Source: Macrostomum hystrix
Lineage: Eukaryota; Animalia; Platyhelminthes
Length of the DNA: 64,000 nucleotides
Assembly: GCA_950097015.1 (NCBI GenBank)
Contig: CATNEN010000038.1
Coordinates: 3,782,001 to 3,846,000, forward strand
Direction: 5' to 3'
Both the position numbers and the translations under genes were made by a program. This document shows, piece by piece, positions 60,601 to 64,000 of the stretch; the stretch's first letter is position 1, and each line of letters opens with the position of its first letter. Below the pieces are notes generated by a model. That model was given only the letters and a program-made list of their open reading frames with translations. It was not told where the DNA came from and did no database searches.

Positions 60601-60888
60601 ATTAGTGTCGCGCTACCTCTGGTCCTTCAGGTAATTAGTGTCGCTACCTCTGGTCCTTCAGGTAATTAGTGTCGCTACCTATGGTCGTTCAGCAAGGCTT
60701 ACCGCAGCCACAACAGTGCGCGAACTCATGGACGCATCAAACGGCGAATGCGTCTGTTGCTGCCTGGGATCTGGGCTGCCACTTTGTCGACAGTGTGCAT
60801 GATGAGAATGCTGATGCCTTCTCTGTTTGCTGCCCCCGCCGCCGCTGTCCTGCATCGATCCTTCTTTGGTATTGAGATTTGACTGCAT
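48908..60888 (-). CDS. RASSF: Ras-association domain family protein (RASSF1/3/5-like; RA + SARAH) with a long low-complexity N-terminus, ~788 aa
   Basis: Exons 60888-60703, 59154-58458, 56988-56783, 51743-51324, 51188-50675, 49800-49631, 49081-48908 (2367 nt, phases consistent). RA: FSGRVRVHVNLIRPI...SQEVVQALL...KFALYE. SARAH: LQENDSGLVN|WSAFSVPELSNFLQILQREE. The three 5' exons are less certain than the last four. Confidence 0.85.
49150..49592. repeat. (CTGT/CTGC)n microsatellite; (CAGA)n also at 51195-51302
   Basis: Intronic tetranucleotide arrays. Confidence 0.97.
49911..50082 (-). mobile_element. SINE family A 3' fragment
   Basis: Tail plus the 3' stem-loop region. Confidence 0.8.
50112..50645. 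repeat. 31-bp minisatellite CTCACTCCCAGACTAGGATAGTAGATAA(C/T)
   Basis: About 17 units. Confidence 0.95.
52060..52312. repeat. Purine-rich ~31-bp minisatellite AGGGTAGAAAGAGAGCTAGAAAGAGTTCAGGG
   Basis: Tandem array. Confidence 0.95.
52905..53970. repeat. Purine-rich ~40-bp minisatellite that changes unit near 53590
   Basis: GAGTCTTAGAATGGAATAATGACTTTAGGGAGGGTAGA units, then GTTCAGGAAGGGTAGAAAGACTTTAGGGAGGG units. Confidence 0.95.
54600..55642. repeat. CCTGTCTCATCTCT minisatellite with higher-order block duplications
   Basis: Marker variant TCAATCTCCTGTCACATTTATC recurs three times; explains the 300+ aa S/L/P ORFs. Confidence 0.95.
56201..56505 (+). mobile_element. SINE family A copy with 10-bp TSD
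   Basis: Head GGGGGTCGGTGGCAGAGTGGTTAACGCG. TSD ATCCAAATAT at 56191-56200 and 56506-56515. Confidence 0.9.
60052..60294 (-). mobile_element. SINE family A copy (internally deleted)
   Basis: Family match; flanked by ACGAGTATG at 60043-60051 and 60295-60303. Confidence 0.85.
60304..60682. repeat. ~30-bp minisatellite GTCGCTACCTCTGGTCCTTCAGGTAATTAGT
   Basis: Tandem array beside the donor of the first RASSF exon. Confidence 0.92.
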
Positions 60889-62132
60889 GTCGTGGCAGTT
60901 TAAGCCGTCAGCTCGAAATAGATACTTGCTCTGCGCTTGCTTATAGACTTTGTTAGATTAATAAACAATGCATGGAATCGCAAGCGATCCTAAAAACCCT
61001 CTGACACTCTACTGTAGATTAGAGAAAAGATCTATTAGCCCCAGAATACGGTAAGTCGGAAAATTTTTTCGCACTGCAGAATTAAAGGAAGTGATTGCAG
61101 GACTGGCTGAAGCTTATAGCCCCTTTTATACACAGCTTATAGGCACTTTTATACACAATCAATGCGGACCGATACCTTGCGGGGGAGGTTCGACGCAACA
61201 ACTTCCCGACCTACCATCGCGACTTTGCACGGCACTGCTGCTGCTGCTGCTGCTACCGCGAGGTTGCACATTCTAAAACGCAATCCCAAAACGTATGACC
61301 TCGCATCAGCCAATTGCTAAGCAACTCCTGTATTTGGGACCAAGCTGTTTAGCCTTAACTTTCCAATGTAACGCACTGTGCCGATCCAGCTAGTTGAATT
61401 CCTGGCTGTGCAGCATTCGTTGTGATTGGATCCTTGAAGGTCTCGCGTTTGCGTACCTCTTCGAATCGGGTACGGAAATTGTATAATATAGTTATAGTAG
61501 GTTGCAGAGGGTGACGTGGCCTCTTCCATCCGCCCCCCTCCAGGGGAGGATTTTAGCTAGCCCCATTGCCTCCTATTTCCATTGCCATCTACTGCTGCTG
61601 CATTATTAACTTCGCTGCCTTGGATCGCAATTACACAATGGAGGCAACTGTTTAGCAATGGGCGGAAAGTTAGGCCTACCAATGCCGGTACGTGTACGTG
61701 AGCCCACGATCCGTCGCCTGGGCATTCATTTTGACATAAAAATGCACAACAAAAACTACGGAAATGCTAAATCTTCGATACTCCATAGTATAATAAGAAA
61801 AGGATATTCCATGTTCATTTACAAACGCCGGTACGCACTGTGTCTCCATTTAACCTGCCGCCTGTAGTCGCTAAAGGAACTGCGGCAGAGGGCGATTTGT
61901 CGGACTGAAAATGGTCAATAAATTAAGTCTATAGTACCATTTCCTGCAGCGACCCTACCTAACTATTTCATATACAGAGTTGCAAACTCTAGGACATTTC
62001 TAGGAAATGTGCGATTTTTCACAGTCAAATCAGTTGTGTCAGAGCGAGCTAAACAATTAGAAATTAAAAGTGCCAACAAGGTCTAATTCTAATCACAAAA
62101 CTTAGCAGGTGTAACCTTTGACTACTAAATAC

Positions 62133-62502
62133 AATAATAATAATATAATTAATAATTGCAGGAGGGCTGCGGGCAATGGCACATCATTTTGGTGACACTA
62201 GACCCGCAGCCAGCAGCGAGGAGGCAATTCTGCCCATTTCGCTGACTCTCAAGCACACGCACACAGATACTGTATGCAGTCAAACGCTCAGGTATGTACA
62301 TCTGCCCTGACTTTCTCATCGTCAGGCAGTTTACACTTCACTGTGCCTAGGAGATTGGCCCTCAAGAACGTAAATTGCACGACAAGCCCCCAAGCCTTCT
62401 CTCCGCGGCTGCACCCCAAATAAATGTGGCCTTGCCGTGGAATCGAGCTTAGGGACCTTGGTGCGAGAAGCAAACGCGTTAACCGCTCTGCCACCGACCC
62501 CC
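62133..62502 (-). mobile_element. Full-length SINE family A copy
   Basis: Complete tRNA-like head, body, 3' stem-loops and (TTA)n tail. Confidence 0.92.
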
Positions 62503-62674
62503 ATACTATATACAAGTATTTAAATAATGAACATATAATATAATAGTTCTTGCGTGTAAACATGCTAGAGTTTAAAGCATATCGGAGACTTTGAGCAAGG
62601 GCCACTATTAGGATACCAATTACACAGTTCTAACTAATAGTTATTGTTGTAAAACAGCGGTCATTAAATTGTAT

Positions 62675-62815
62675 CTCAGTGGTAGAGCAAATCGAAACTT
62701 AACCATAATAATGCTACTTAATTAGCTTCATGTCCTTGAGCAGAAACTTGATTCCCTGTTGCTTCAGCTCTCCCAGCTGTAAAATTTCTACCAGTATTAG
62801 CTGGGGTACTAATTT
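62675..62815 (+). mobile_element. Degenerate CORE-type SINE fragment
   Basis: TGTCCTTGAGCAGAAACTT...CCCAGCTGTAAAA...TAGCTGGGGTA. Confidence 0.55.
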
Positions 62816-64000
62816 AGGCTGGTGTTGCAGCAGCCTCCACTTTTAGATCCCAGCATTAAAGCTCTACGCGCAACCTTTTGAAGCGCTGCGCAGCTGCGGC
62901 TTAGGCTCTGTCTGTCAAGGCCCATCTGGGTATATGTTATCTGTGCATCTACGAGATTGCAAACAAACTCGTTACTGCTAGTATGTTCGATCATACTTGC
63001 AGTCTTACATGTGCATGGTGTTTTAAACTACCTGTAGTAAATACTTTCCTAATTGTATCAATCTTGGTTCACTCAGGCAAATACGATGTTGCTAAAAAGT
63101 TTTTAAATCAAAGAAAATATCGCATCATCGTTTTAGACTTAATTATTACTGTCATTCTAGCGAAGCGCTTCTTCGTGTTGTGCACCTCGAGGACCGGGGC
63201 CGGTGATAGGACGATTTACCTTCGATGGGGATTCGAACTATTTTATAGGTGTGATCGCTCAGTGAACAGATCAGCAGCATTACATTAGATTAGATTTTTG
63301 TAGCATTACACTAGAGTTCTAAATCCAGTCTGAGTAGCTTGGTGGCCTCTTAAAACCCGATTTTCGCCTACAATGGACTTTTCTTCCTGTTGTGATGCCC
63401 AGCAGGCCTGGGAATTGCACTTGCAATGACAATACGGCTGAGTTTTTATCTTGATGAGTTGGCTGTTATATTTCTTGTATGAGAAGGTTTGTTACGAACG
63501 AGCGACAGCATATATAACAGTTATAAAGGCGGACTCTGGGGAAAAGGTAAATCTCTAGTCTATGGCCAAGGGCGCGAGTACTATTAAGACTGAGGCTATA
63601 TAATGTCACTTCCATTCTATTTGGCGCTGACGCCGTTTAGCACCTGATAACAACAACAGCCTGGCTTTCAAACAGACCTTGGGCAGTCTCGTCAGTCGGA
63701 TTACCTGGTTCTAAAGTCTAATTGGCCACGGACAAAAACGCCGGTTGCCATCAGACAGGAGACCCTGTGTATCAATGCGCAACTCCGTCAGCCTTCCCTC
63801 AAGAGACGCTCCAATATATGATATGCTCCTGGTGCACAATGACAGTTTTGGGAGCCCTTGCATATGTGAGAAAGATAAAGACACGCAAACACACAAACAC
63901 ACGTGTTGTGTCTCACACACTGCACTCTCGCATACAGCAGCGCTGATATAAGAGAAACAGAATCATATTTTTAGACTGTGCTCTGCGGCGCTTATATAAC

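Noticed and set aside
62300-62330. Hammerhead core in SINE A (CTGACGA...GAAA on the - strand)
   Set aside because: No stem II between the motifs and no stem III or cleavage triplet; it is a simple CTGAC/GTCAG hairpin.

Overview
Eukaryotic (metazoan) genomic DNA with GC-rich exons and GT-AG introns, many filled by their own minisatellite. The style resembles a free-living flatworm such as Macrostomum, but that is inference only. I spliced ten genes plus one transposase gene by hand, and all exon phases are consistent. In order: the 3' half of a Na+/Ca2+ exchanger (+); a 14-exon, ~1005-aa membrane-anchored coiled-coil protein resembling EVC/EVC2 (-); PCBD (+); an intron-containing Tc1/mariner-type DD35E transposase with no evident TIRs (-); boule (-); a GT31 beta-1,3-glycosyltransferase (+); two small secreted orphan proteins (+); a DIPK2A/FAM69-like pseudokinase with two TM helices (+); a secreted PAN-like + ALK/LTK glycine-rich-domain protein (+); and a RASSF1/3/5-like RA+SARAH gene (-). 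Repeats include two abundant tRNA-derived SINE families (one CORE-type), one divergent GC-rich SINE with a 10-bp TSD, several MITE-like relics and about 30 tandem arrays. Most long ORFs in the supplied track are artefacts of these arrays. The top leads are (1) a minimal type I hammerhead ribozyme between Pol III A- and B-box-like motifs at ~43.8 kb, (2) the host-like transposase whose catalytic exon is bracketed by the same 14-bp minisatellite in inverted orientation, (3) the EVC-like gene, (4) a soluble, furin-cleavable ALK/LTK-like module, and (5) minisatellites built from splice-signal sequences. Family calls come from remembered motifs; no database search was run.
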